DNA of 29,553 bases. It comes from Methanobacteriaceae archaeon. Lineage in GTDB: Archaea; Methanobacteriota; Methanobacteria; Methanobacteriales; Methanobacteriaceae. The stretch spans positions 1-29,553 of the forward strand of contig PWMT01000010.1 in NCBI GenBank assembly GCA_003558085.1, written 5' to 3'. The notes beneath the pieces are model-generated. The model saw nothing but the letters and a program-made list of their open reading frames with translations, did not search any database and was not told where the DNA came from. The stretch's first letter is position 1, and each line of letters begins with the position of its first letter. The position numbers and the translations under genes were made by a program. Shown here piece after piece: positions 8,210 through 16,493 of this stretch.

Positions 8210-8869
8210 TTAAAAATTATCTAAAATAAATTCATAGTCCTTATAATAATTTACATTAGTTAATTCCAGTTTACTTGCAGCAGGAAAACCATATAATTGC
8301 ACACCATCCTTATTCATTCTTCTTAGCATGGGATTGAGGTTACTATTATATGCGGGCAAGTAATTCAACAGTAATTTTTTTGAGCACGCAAAGGGCATGC
8401 CTAAACCTTCTGCTGAATCGAGATAACCAGAACTTTTCCTACCTAAAATAGAAATAATATTATGGGGACTTTCATTATTTAAAACTTTTTCAATCATTTT
8501 ATTTAAATTGTAAGTGCTGATAGTGGGCTGATCTCCTGCTAAGCATAGACATAACCAGTTACTGGCAGCATTAACTCCATTCCATAATGATTTTGCCAGA
8601 GGAACCTCAACAGGATCATTTACGACTAATTTAATACGAGAATCTTTAATTTCATCTATAGTGGGAATTATATCTTCCTTATAATGACCTACAACCACCA
8701 AGCACTCCTCTATATCCATAGTTAAAATTTTAGATAAGGTATGTTGAAGTATGTTTTTACCTTTAATCTCCAAGAGAAGCTTATTGGTAACTGGCAAGTT
8801 TCTTTTTTTTAAATCTTCCCGCATACGACGATTTTGTCCTGCTGCAGTTACCACGGCTGATACAGTCAT
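8210..8869 (-). CDS. MobA/GlmU-like nucleotidyltransferase (NTP_transf_3), last gene of the pseudomurein Mur operon
   Basis: VVTAAGQNRRM...NKLLL, LAGDQP, and C-terminal NVNY..DY (an NINT..D equivalent). Starts 11 bp after the upstream gene's stop. Confidence 0.8.
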   Translation of the reverse strand: MTVSAVVTAAGQNRRMREDLKKRNLPVTNKLLLEIKGKNILQHTLSKILTMDIEECLVVVGHYKEDIIPTIDEIKDSRIKLVVNDPVEVPLAKSLWNGVNAASNWLCLCLAGDQPTISTYNLNKMIEKVLNNESPHNIISILGRKSSGYLDSAEGLGMPFACSKKLLLNYLPAYNSNLNPMLRRMNKDGVQLYGFPAASKLELTNVNYYKDYEFILDNF

Positions 8870-8880
8870 ATTTAATCAAA

Positions 8881-10068
8881 TCAATTAGGTACTAAATGAA
8901 AGATTTGAGCATAGGTAGTGGTGCCAGCTCCTGCTCCACTGCTGGACATTATTATCTTTATGGGATATTCATTAGTGTTAAATACTTTAACATCAGTTGC
9001 GGGATTGTAACCATAGCTTACGGTATGAAATGCCCAGGTCATACCCACCGGCAGCGGACAACCAGCTGCACTTACAGCATTCCTTAAGGCCCTAGCAGGT
9101 GGACATGTGCCATGAGATGCATATCCTCCTGGTGCTTTAGGATCTCTTACACTTATAAATCCTCCAGTTTCTTTACCTGAAGCGTAATTATCTGGCGGTA
9201 CAATAGTGCCATTCCATCTTCGAGCAAATTCTCTTGCATTCGCTGCTCGGGCAGCATCACCATATTCGGGATAAGATCCTAAAGTACTGGCACTGCTACC
9301 AATTTCCACGGCAGTATAGTCATTTTTATAAGCCATAACTGGTGCGTTTGAAGTATAATTGTGCATGTATTCTTGTACAGATTCTCCAAAGTAAGCTACA
9401 ATATGAGAGGGTAGAACTGGATTTCGACCATCATTAAAATTGGAGAGATAATAATCTAATATAATTTCATCTCCTTCAGCAGCCCTTTCAAACCATTCTT
9501 TTACTTGCTCTTCTGAAACAAAATGGTTAGGGATAGTATCATTCCTTATATTATCAAAACTAAGTTTCTGCAGGGTTTCATTATTTTCTTTAATTTCCAG
9601 TTTATCTTCAACTTTATATCCATAAATATAAGGAGTTTTATAAGCCCAGATAAAGTTTCCTGGTTCCTCTACTATTAACTTATCCTCATTAGTGCTCAAC
9701 ATCCCGGGTCCTTCGTATCCACAAGAAGTACCCTTACGACAAATATTTTCATTAGTTAAATGAACGATAGGAGTTCTTATATTACCAGTTAATAAGGATT
9801 CAGTTAAATCCAGATAACGCTGGTCTTGGATATAATCTAGAACATAGTGATGGTTAAGGATTAAAGGAACTCTCCAGATTTTGCTGTTATCTACTACCTC
9901 AGTACCAGGCAATACGGTATCTCCAATAGCCAATTTTGATATTTCTGCTGGATTTTGGGCGGGATAGGCCTCTTCTAGATAAATTCCCAGGGGAATGGAA
10001 ATTATTCCTAAAAATATTAATAAAAGTGCTATTTTAAATGCTGTTTTCTTCCAGTATTTTTTTAGAAT
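8881..10068 (-). CDS. Membrane-anchored protein with C-terminal VanW-like domain
   Basis: The frame stays open upstream of the track's TTG (9933) and encodes LKKYWKKTAFKIALLLIFLGIISIPLGIY, a basic segment plus TM helix. Proposed ATT start at 10068, 6 nt after AGGAGGAG. C-terminal RAANAREFARRWNGTIVPP...HGTCPPARALRNA...TVSYG....DVKVFNTNEYPIKI parallels VanW motifs. Confidence 0.7.
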   Translation of the reverse strand: MLKKYWKKTAFKIALLLIFLGIISIPLGIYLEEAYPAQNPAEISKLAIGDTVLPGTEVVDNSKIWRVPLILNHHYVLDYIQDQRYLDLTESLLTGNIRTPIVHLTNENICRKGTSCGYEGPGMLSTNEDKLIVEEPGNFIWAYKTPYIYGYKVEDKLEIKENNETLQKLSFDNIRNDTIPNHFVSEEQVKEWFERAAEGDEIILDYYLSNFNDGRNPVLPSHIVAYFGESVQEYMHNYTSNAPVMAYKNDYTAVEIGSSASTLGSYPEYGDAARAANAREFARRWNGTIVPPDNYASGKETGGFISVRDPKAPGGYASHGTCPPARALRNAVSAAGCPLPVGMTWAFHTVSYGYNPATDVKVFNTNEYPIKIIMSSSGAGAGTTTYAQIFHLVPN

Positions 10069-13000
10069 ACTTAACTCCTCCTTCTCCTATGACTAGTATC
10101 ACATCATCTTTATCTGCAATTTGAATTGCTTCTTTTAGACCTTCTCTAACCTGCTCCTGGCTGGCACCTAATGTTCCTTTTTTTATTTTATTTTTACTTG
10201 AACGGGTTTTAACTAACTGCTTTTTAATATACTTTGAAGATTTAAGAGCAGCATGAGAAGCACTTATTATAATATCAGCTTTATTAAGAATTTTAGCGAT
10301 ATCCCGATCACCTTGTTCTCCACTTTCTGAAGATATAGTATTTATTACTATAAGTTTATTATTCTCCATTTGATTTAAAACATTCTGGATCACGGCTTTA
10401 ACACCGGCAGGATTATGAGCATAATCTAGAATGATTCTAGGTTCTTCTTTAATTATCTCAAATCGTCCATCCACGCCATTAAATTCTGCTATACCTTTTA
10501 CTATATCCTCAAATTTTACACCCAAAGCCCAAGCACCTGCAGCGGCAGATAAAGCATTATAGATATTATAGATACCCCCTATTTTTAATTTGATCCAGGC
10601 CTGCTCAGAATTTATTTGAAGCAACATACTATTTTCACTCACCTGTTGAGCAGATATATCTAGTGCTGGTTTTTTGTAACCACATTTACAATTATAATTT
10701 CCTAGATGTCCTAAGTAATGTTGTTCGTATTTAAGGGGTTTTTGGCATAAGGGACATTCACGACCTTCAGCAAAAGCATGGGCATTAGTGTTGATATGGG
10801 CTATACCATAGAATATTATGTTTTCAGGATTCTGGGAGGAGGCGAAGTTAGCTACCAAGGGATCGTCAGCATTAAGTATCAATATATCGGCAACTTCAGT
10901 TATTTCTTTTTTACACTGCACATAGCGGTTAAAGTCCTCGTCATCCTTTAAATGATCATGTGAAATGTTAGTAACCAGTCCCAGATCCACTTCACTATTT
11001 AATGCGGAATTTTTTATTTCATTCGGATTTCCAAAAGTCCCTATTTCCACTACAGCCATATCCCCTTTTAATCGGGCTTGTAAAGCTGGTATTAGCTCGG
11101 TATTACCCTGTATACTCATGAAATGTTCGGGAACTTGATAACCTGCTGTATGGAGAATATTTTTAAGTAATTTAGTTGTAGTGGTTTTACCATTAGTACC
11201 AGTTACCCCTATAACAGGTTTATTAACCTTACACATAGCCATGATCTCTTTCACTCCGATTATATTGGCCTGGCTATTTTTTTTAATTTTCTCTACTAAA
11301 TCTGTACGATCCCATAAACCCGGGGTAAGGACGATGGTATCTGCTTGGCGTAGAACTTCACTTGAATGTCCCCCCAGATCTAAATGTATACCCTCTTTAA
11401 GAAAAATCTCCTTTAAATCACAATCAGTTGCTGAATCAGAAACAGTTACCCTGGCACCATTATCTTTAAGCACCCGAGCTAAAAGACTACCTACAGTTCC
11501 ACATCCGCCTATTATAACTATATTGGTTTTATAATCCTTATAATATTTAATAGCTGTTTTAATATCATTTTTTACATTATCATAGGCGTTCACCACACCA
11601 GGACCAAGATGAAGTATGGTGTCTCCTGGGGCTGAAACTTCCAGGGCCATTAAAATACCAGTGTTTATATTTTCCACACCATAAGTCTCCACGGCACGAG
11701 CAGCAGCATTGATTTCTTCTACACTATTCCAGTTAACTACCTCAGTGGTTTCATTTTTAGCACTGGTGATGATCACATCTGCTTTTTTATCTAAAACATG
11801 GCCGATTTTAGTTTTATCTCTAATGGTGAGAGTGTCTGGATTATCTAAACTAATTATTAAGCGACCCTCCACCTCCAGACCCTCCAATAATTTTTCCATA
11901 CTTTCCGGGTTATGGGCGGCATCCATAAAAATATTAACATCCTCTACTTGATCAATTTTCTCAAAACGTCCCTTCAATCCAGAGAATGATTCTAGCTGTT
12001 CTACTAAATATTCTAAATCAAAACCGAGCACCAGTCCAATAGCAATAGAGGCCAGAGCATTTTCAATATTAATAGTTCCGGGTACTTTAAGTTGTAGGGA
12101 ACTTTTAAAGGGACCCACCCACTTACGGGAAAAATTTCCACATCTACACTTAAGCTGGTTACAGTTAGAACAGCAGGCTGTAGGCAGCCTAGTGGTTATA
12201 AGGGTGAAACTGGAACCATTAAGACCTCTTAATTCAATTTCCTTGGCATAAATATTTAAATCTGTAATAGAAGTTTGGTATACTTTATCTTCGAAAAATA
12301 TGCTTTGAGGATTATTAAGGCCATAGAAGATGATTTCTTTATCGCTGTTAGCTGACTGTTGCGCTATTATGGGGTCGTCACCATTTAAAATTAAAACCCC
12401 TTGTTCATCTATTAGTTGGGAGAGGGAGAAGTTACGCTGAATATATTGTTCATAGTTTTCAAATTCATCCAGGTGATCCGGGGTGAGATTAGTCAACACT
12501 CCACTGCACAATTCCAGTCCTTCAGCCATACGTATGGTACCATGGGGTAATTCGAATACTGCTAAATCTTTTTTTTGAGCTTTATCATTAACCACTAGCT
12601 CTACTAAACCTTCAATCACTAGAGAATCTTGAATGGAAGAAAATATAAGAGTTTCCATTTTATCTTCCAGTAAGTGGTTTATCATATTGGTAGTGGTGGT
12701 TTTACCATCAGTTCCCCCCACACCTACCATAGGTAGATGGAGTAAGGAATTTATGATCTTTCCAATATCTGCAGTGCTTATAATCTCGGTGGCTTTTTCT
12801 TCACGGACTTTTTTAATAAATTGATGCACATCTGAGTGTGGGGGTATGTTTGGGGATATAAAAATGGCATCAGCCCAAAGAAAATTTTCCAAGTTATGAT
12901 TTCCCAATTCAAAAAGTATTCCTTTTTGTTCCAATTCCCTGATCTTTTTTTGAGCTTTTTTAGGAAGGGAATCAAAATCTTGTTTATCGGTTACTCGGAC

Positions 13001-13087
13001 CTGATTATCTAAATATTTTAATAGGTTAGCAGCTGGCCTTCCAGCGTTACCTGCTCCTACGATCAGTATATTTTTACCACTTATCAA
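10034..13087 (-). CDS. Tandem double Mur ligase (MurD-like module fused to MurC-like module), pseudomurein peptide ligase
   Basis: Two complete Mur modules: GAGNAG/GTDGKTTT/NLTPDHLD/GRFE/DAAHNP and GGCGTVGS/GTNGKTTT/NISHDHL/GRFE/DYAHNP. Boundary near 11530. TTG start. Confidence 0.9.
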   Translation of the reverse strand: MISGKNILIVGAGNAGRPAANLLKYLDNQVRVTDKQDFDSLPKKAQKKIRELEQKGILFELGNHNLENFLWADAIFISPNIPPHSDVHQFIKKVREEKATEIISTADIGKIINSLLHLPMVGVGGTDGKTTTTNMINHLLEDKMETLIFSSIQDSLVIEGLVELVVNDKAQKKDLAVFELPHGTIRMAEGLELCSGVLTNLTPDHLDEFENYEQYIQRNFSLSQLIDEQGVLILNGDDPIIAQQSANSDKEIIFYGLNNPQSIFFEDKVYQTSITDLNIYAKEIELRGLNGSSFTLITTRLPTACCSNCNQLKCRCGNFSRKWVGPFKSSLQLKVPGTINIENALASIAIGLVLGFDLEYLVEQLESFSGLKGRFEKIDQVEDVNIFMDAAHNPESMEKLLEGLEVEGRLIISLDNPDTLTIRDKTKIGHVLDKKADVIITSAKNETTEVVNWNSVEEINAAARAVETYGVENINTGILMALEVSAPGDTILHLGPGVVNAYDNVKNDIKTAIKYYKDYKTNIVIIGGCGTVGSLLARVLKDNGARVTVSDSATDCDLKEIFLKEGIHLDLGGHSSEVLRQADTIVLTPGLWDRTDLVEKIKKNSQANIIGVKEIMAMCKVNKPVIGVTGTNGKTTTTKLLKNILHTAGYQVPEHFMSIQGNTELIPALQARLKGDMAVVEIGTFGNPNEIKNSALNSEVDLGLVTNISHDHLKDDEDFNRYVQCKKEITEVADILILNADDPLVANFASSQNPENIIFYGIAHINTNAHAFAEGRECPLCQKPLKYEQHYLGHLGNYNCKCGYKKPALDISAQQVSENSMLLQINSEQAWIKLKIGGIYNIYNALSAAAGAWALGVKFEDIVKGIAEFNGVDGRFEIIKEEPRIILDYAHNPAGVKAVIQNVLNQMENNKLIVINTISSESGEQGDRDIAKILNKADIIISASHAALKSSKYIKKQLVKTRSSKNKIKKGTLGASQEQVREGLKEAIQIADKDDVILVIGEGGVKYSKKILEENSI

Positions 13088-13091
13088 TCTA

Positions 13092-14303
13092 TCAACCTTT
13101 AGCCATTGCTGCCATCATTCTCTGTATTCTAATTATTTTCTGCTGACCATTCCCACCTATAAAAATATTTTTTTTAGCAAGGTATGGTCTTATAGTTTCT
13201 GGAAGCTGATCAATATCCTTTAAAATTTTTATTTCGCCTTTAAAATTAAGTTTTTTTAATTTTAACGCTGCTTGAGATGTGCTATCTTCTAATCCAGGGA
13301 ATAATATTAATATTTCTGGTTCAAATTCATTAACTACTTCTAGGATCTGGAACCGCCAACTTTCATGAGTTCGGGGAGTGCCGATGATCATCAAGGGAAA
13401 ACTATCTTCCTCTAAAACTTCCTGGAGGGCATGGACATTATCGGTTTTACCAACCACTAATCGACTCCCCTGAACATGGAATGATTTTATACGGCCCTCT
13501 GGAAGATGGAAATTTTCCAGAGAAGTTTTTATTATATCTTCATCAATATTAAGGCTTTTAGCCACGTTTTCTGCAGCACCAGCATTAATCTGATTGAATC
13601 TGCCAAATAAAGGAATTTTACAACTGCTATGTTTATAAAAGTTGCATTGTGGAATTTCAGCACCAATTTGGGCCAGATTTTCATCTAATTGATTTAAAAA
13701 TGTTTTTTTATCCTTTAAAAAATTTTTCAAGTTATGGTGGAAATTAGTAAGAGATCCATGATGATCTAGATGATCATCTCCCATGTTAGTAACTACTATT
13801 AAATCAAAATCAAAGCAGTGATTGCAGAATTCTAGAGTCATATCACATATTTCTACAATCATAACCTGGTATTCATTTTCATTAGCTTCTAGAAATAATT
13901 CAGTGTATCCTTGGAATCCACCACCAGCATTTCCCCCAATTAAAACTTTCATACCCGATTTTTCCATTATGCTCTTGAGCATCAAAGCGGTGGTGGTTTT
14001 ACCATTAGTTCCGGTAATTCCAATAGTAAATATAGATCTATGAGCATCCATTTTATCAGCTAATAATAGTTGAGAATTTTTTATTCTCTCTCCCAAGGGA
14101 ACCTTCCATAAACCAGGAGAAAGTGCTACTGCATCAGCAGAAAATATTTTTTCTTCATCATGAAATCCCAGATCTAGTTCTACTTCTTCATCTAAGTTGA
14201 TGTTTTTATCCAGATCAGAGGCATAGACTTCTTTAACCCTACTTTTTAGAGATTTGATGGCTTTTTTCCCTTCAACTCCCAGACCTACTACTGCAACTTT
14301 CAT
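13092..14303 (-). CDS. murD: MurD-like pseudomurein peptide ligase
   Basis: VAVVGLGVEG, LSPG, GITGTNGKTTT, GGNAG, TNMGDDHLD.H and EGR. SD AGGTG. Confidence 0.85.
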   Translation of the reverse strand: MKVAVVGLGVEGKKAIKSLKSRVKEVYASDLDKNINLDEEVELDLGFHDEEKIFSADAVALSPGLWKVPLGERIKNSQLLLADKMDAHRSIFTIGITGTNGKTTTALMLKSIMEKSGMKVLIGGNAGGGFQGYTELFLEANENEYQVMIVEICDMTLEFCNHCFDFDLIVVTNMGDDHLDHHGSLTNFHHNLKNFLKDKKTFLNQLDENLAQIGAEIPQCNFYKHSSCKIPLFGRFNQINAGAAENVAKSLNIDEDIIKTSLENFHLPEGRIKSFHVQGSRLVVGKTDNVHALQEVLEEDSFPLMIIGTPRTHESWRFQILEVVNEFEPEILILFPGLEDSTSQAALKLKKLNFKGEIKILKDIDQLPETIRPYLAKKNIFIGGNGQQKIIRIQRMMAAMAKG

Positions 14304-14568
14304 GATACACCTAAAAAAATTGAATCAAGTTATTTACACCATATATTATTAATTTATCTATTACAAAACTAGTATTTAAAGTAACTAATGGTTTACCTTT
14401 CAGGGAAAAAAATCAGTAAATAATGAATTGAAATTAATTTATTTGAATATCTATGGATTTAATATAATCTACCATTAATATAGCTATCCTAAGATTATAG
14501 AATATTTTCTTCATACTATTTTAGTAACTTTATTTTTAGATCAATTAATTTTCCTATATTTTTTATAA

Positions 14569-15573
14569 TTACGGGGGATAAGTTACTATCTTCAATTCTT
14601 TAACTGGAGTACCATCACTCCAAAAACCCATAAATCTTTGATTAGAAGTATTTCCCAGGGCATATTCCTGGTTTTCCCCATAATAAGCAGCCTCATATAA
14701 TCCATCGAAAAGTTTCCAGGTACCATAATAATCTAGGGCATTAACCATAAAACTAAAATTATCACAATGGAAGATGGCTAATGGTGCTAGATGATCAGCT
14801 ATTAAGGGTGGATTTCCATGATAATCAGAAACCATGATTACATGATCCTTATTAGTTAAGGGTATCTGAGTAGTTTCTCTAATAATTTTTTCTGCATCAG
14901 CAGAACCCACTATATCATCTTCCTCACCAGATAAGGTAAGTAAAAGGGTGTCTGCAGGTATTAAGGATAAATCTTCTAGTATCTGGCCTCTACTCTGATT
15001 TTCACTACGGGATACACCGGGTTGAACGCAGAAAATTGCTTTAGGTTGGGGTATGTCTTCCTCTAAGGCTCGGGCTGCCATGTTAATGGAAATCAACCCC
15101 CCAGCAGAGTGTCCCACCAAAGCCATATTCTCTGTTTCTGGTCTGACATGATCTCCTTCTTCCAATTGTTTTAATCCATCTTTAACTGCATAAATTGCAT
15201 TATCGGTAAAATCAGATGTATCGAAAATATTGGCTTGATAGCGGGGATAAATTACTATATTTCCTCTTTTAACCAGATGATTTATCCAGGGTCGATAAAA
15301 AATAGGATTAATAGCTGACCAGCCATGATTAAATATGATCACTGGAGCTGAAGAAGGCGAGGGTGATGCTGGCTCAAAAATCCAGTACTGTAATGCCCCA
15401 CTACCGTAAGTAGAAGAAATGATTTGGGTATGGTTATACTCTCTTCCTCCAGGACCATCAGGACTTTGCCCTGGAGGTCGGGCGTCACTTGCCAGGGAAA
15501 TCTCACAGGATAGGAACATAATTAAAAATAGGATACTAAGTAGGGATAAAGTATAGATTTTTTTAAAATTCAT
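14569..15573 (-). CDS. Secreted alpha/beta hydrolase (chlorophyllase/cutinase-like esterase)
   Basis: N-terminal signal peptide, HGW oxyanion motif, GHSAGG nucleophile elbow, candidate Asp (GEEDDIV) and His (ADHLAP). Confidence 0.8.
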   Translation of the reverse strand: MNFKKIYTLSLLSILFLIMFLSCEISLASDARPPGQSPDGPGGREYNHTQIISSTYGSGALQYWIFEPASPSPSSAPVIIFNHGWSAINPIFYRPWINHLVKRGNIVIYPRYQANIFDTSDFTDNAIYAVKDGLKQLEEGDHVRPETENMALVGHSAGGLISINMAARALEEDIPQPKAIFCVQPGVSRSENQSRGQILEDLSLIPADTLLLTLSGEEDDIVGSADAEKIIRETTQIPLTNKDHVIMVSDYHGNPPLIADHLAPLAIFHCDNFSFMVNALDYYGTWKLFDGLYEAAYYGENQEYALGNTSNQRFMGFWSDGTPVKELKIVTYPP

Positions 15574-15638
15574 GGCTATATATTATTATTTAACGATTAT
15601 TTATTTTTTATTCTATAGAATTAGTAATATACTAGTAT

Positions 15639-15802
15639 TTTTACCTTTTTTATTCTTTTTAGGACTTCTATTAGACTATTATTTAATAGTTTTACCTTTT
15701 TTATTCTTTTTAGGACTTCTATTAGACTATTATTTAATAGTTTTACCTTTTTTATTCTTTTTAGGACTTCTATTAGACTATTATTTAATAGTTTTACCTT
15801 TT
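15639..15802. repeat. Perfect tandem repeat, 3 x 51 bp plus 11 bp
   Basis: Unit TTTTACCTTTTTTATTCTTTTTAGGACTTCTATTAGACTATTATTTAATAG at 15639, 15690 and 15741; partial copy at 15792. Confidence 0.95.
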
Positions 15803-15946
15803 ATTTTGATCTCTTATGGAAAAAAGCGGGGTTTTCTAGGTTTTATTAAAACTTACCTTATATTTTCCTTAAAAAATTTGTACTTTAAATTACATAATAA
15901 TAATTCACTTTTTAATTAATTATAAAAATTAACGGGGGGCTTTTAA

Positions 15947-16456
15947 ATTATCCAAGATATAAAATCGGAATCAGAAGATAACTTTGAAAAGGCAACTTTC
16001 GGGGCTGGATGTTTCTGGGGTGTTGAAGCAGCTTTTAGAGAATTAAAGGGTGTAGTTTCCACTTCAGTTGGGTATATGGGTGGTCATCTTAAAAATCCAA
16101 CTTATGAGGATGTTTGTCGTGGAGACAGTGGACATAGTGAAGTGGTGGAGGTGGTCTATGATCCCGAGATGATATCCTACCAAAAATTACTAGATCTATT
16201 CTGGAGAATACATGATCCCACCACCTTGAATCGTCAAGGTCCTGATATAGGATATCAATATAGATCGGTTATATTCTATCATACTCTGGAACAGAAACTG
16301 GAGGCTCAGGCTTCCCTTAAAAAAATACAAGCATCATCCGCTAAAGGAAGGGAGATTGTAACCGCCCTGGAACCAGCCACCACTTTTTACCGTGCAGAAG
16401 AATATCATCAACAATATCTAGAAAAGACTGGAGGAAAAAGTTGCCATTTCTTTTAA
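15947..16456 (+). CDS. msrA: Peptide methionine sulfoxide reductase MsrA
   Basis: The catalytic GAGCFWGVE motif (~16001-16027) lies in frame upstream of the track's ATG 16076. Also YEDVC, GHSEVV, NRQGPD.G.QYRS and AEEYHQQY. The frame opens after TAA 15944-15946 with ATT at 15947, behind GGGGGG. Start uncertain. Confidence 0.92.
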   Translation: MIQDIKSESEDNFEKATFGAGCFWGVEAAFRELKGVVSTSVGYMGGHLKNPTYEDVCRGDSGHSEVVEVVYDPEMISYQKLLDLFWRIHDPTTLNRQGPDIGYQYRSVIFYHTLEQKLEAQASLKKIQASSAKGREIVTALEPATTFYRAEEYHQQYLEKTGGKSCHFF

Positions 16457-16493
16457 AGAAAAATAAAATTGTTTAATTAATTTAGGGGAGGAT

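Noticed and set aside
8210-8869. mobA/mocA gene symbol
   Set aside because: The fold is compatible, but the cell-wall operon context argues against assigning a Moco function.
14569-15573. PET hydrolase call
   Set aside because: Only generic alpha/beta-hydrolase motifs are visible (GHSAGG rather than the GHSMGG typical of PETases). The substrate cannot be inferred.
15639-15802. Possible CRISPR array
   Set aside because: The units are contiguous and identical with no unique spacers, and no cas genes are present.
15572-15919. 115-aa hydrophobic ORF with 17-aa repeats
   Set aside because: It is the translation of the T-rich 51-bp tandem repeat, starts back-to-back with the esterase ATG and has no SD. 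Probably not a gene.
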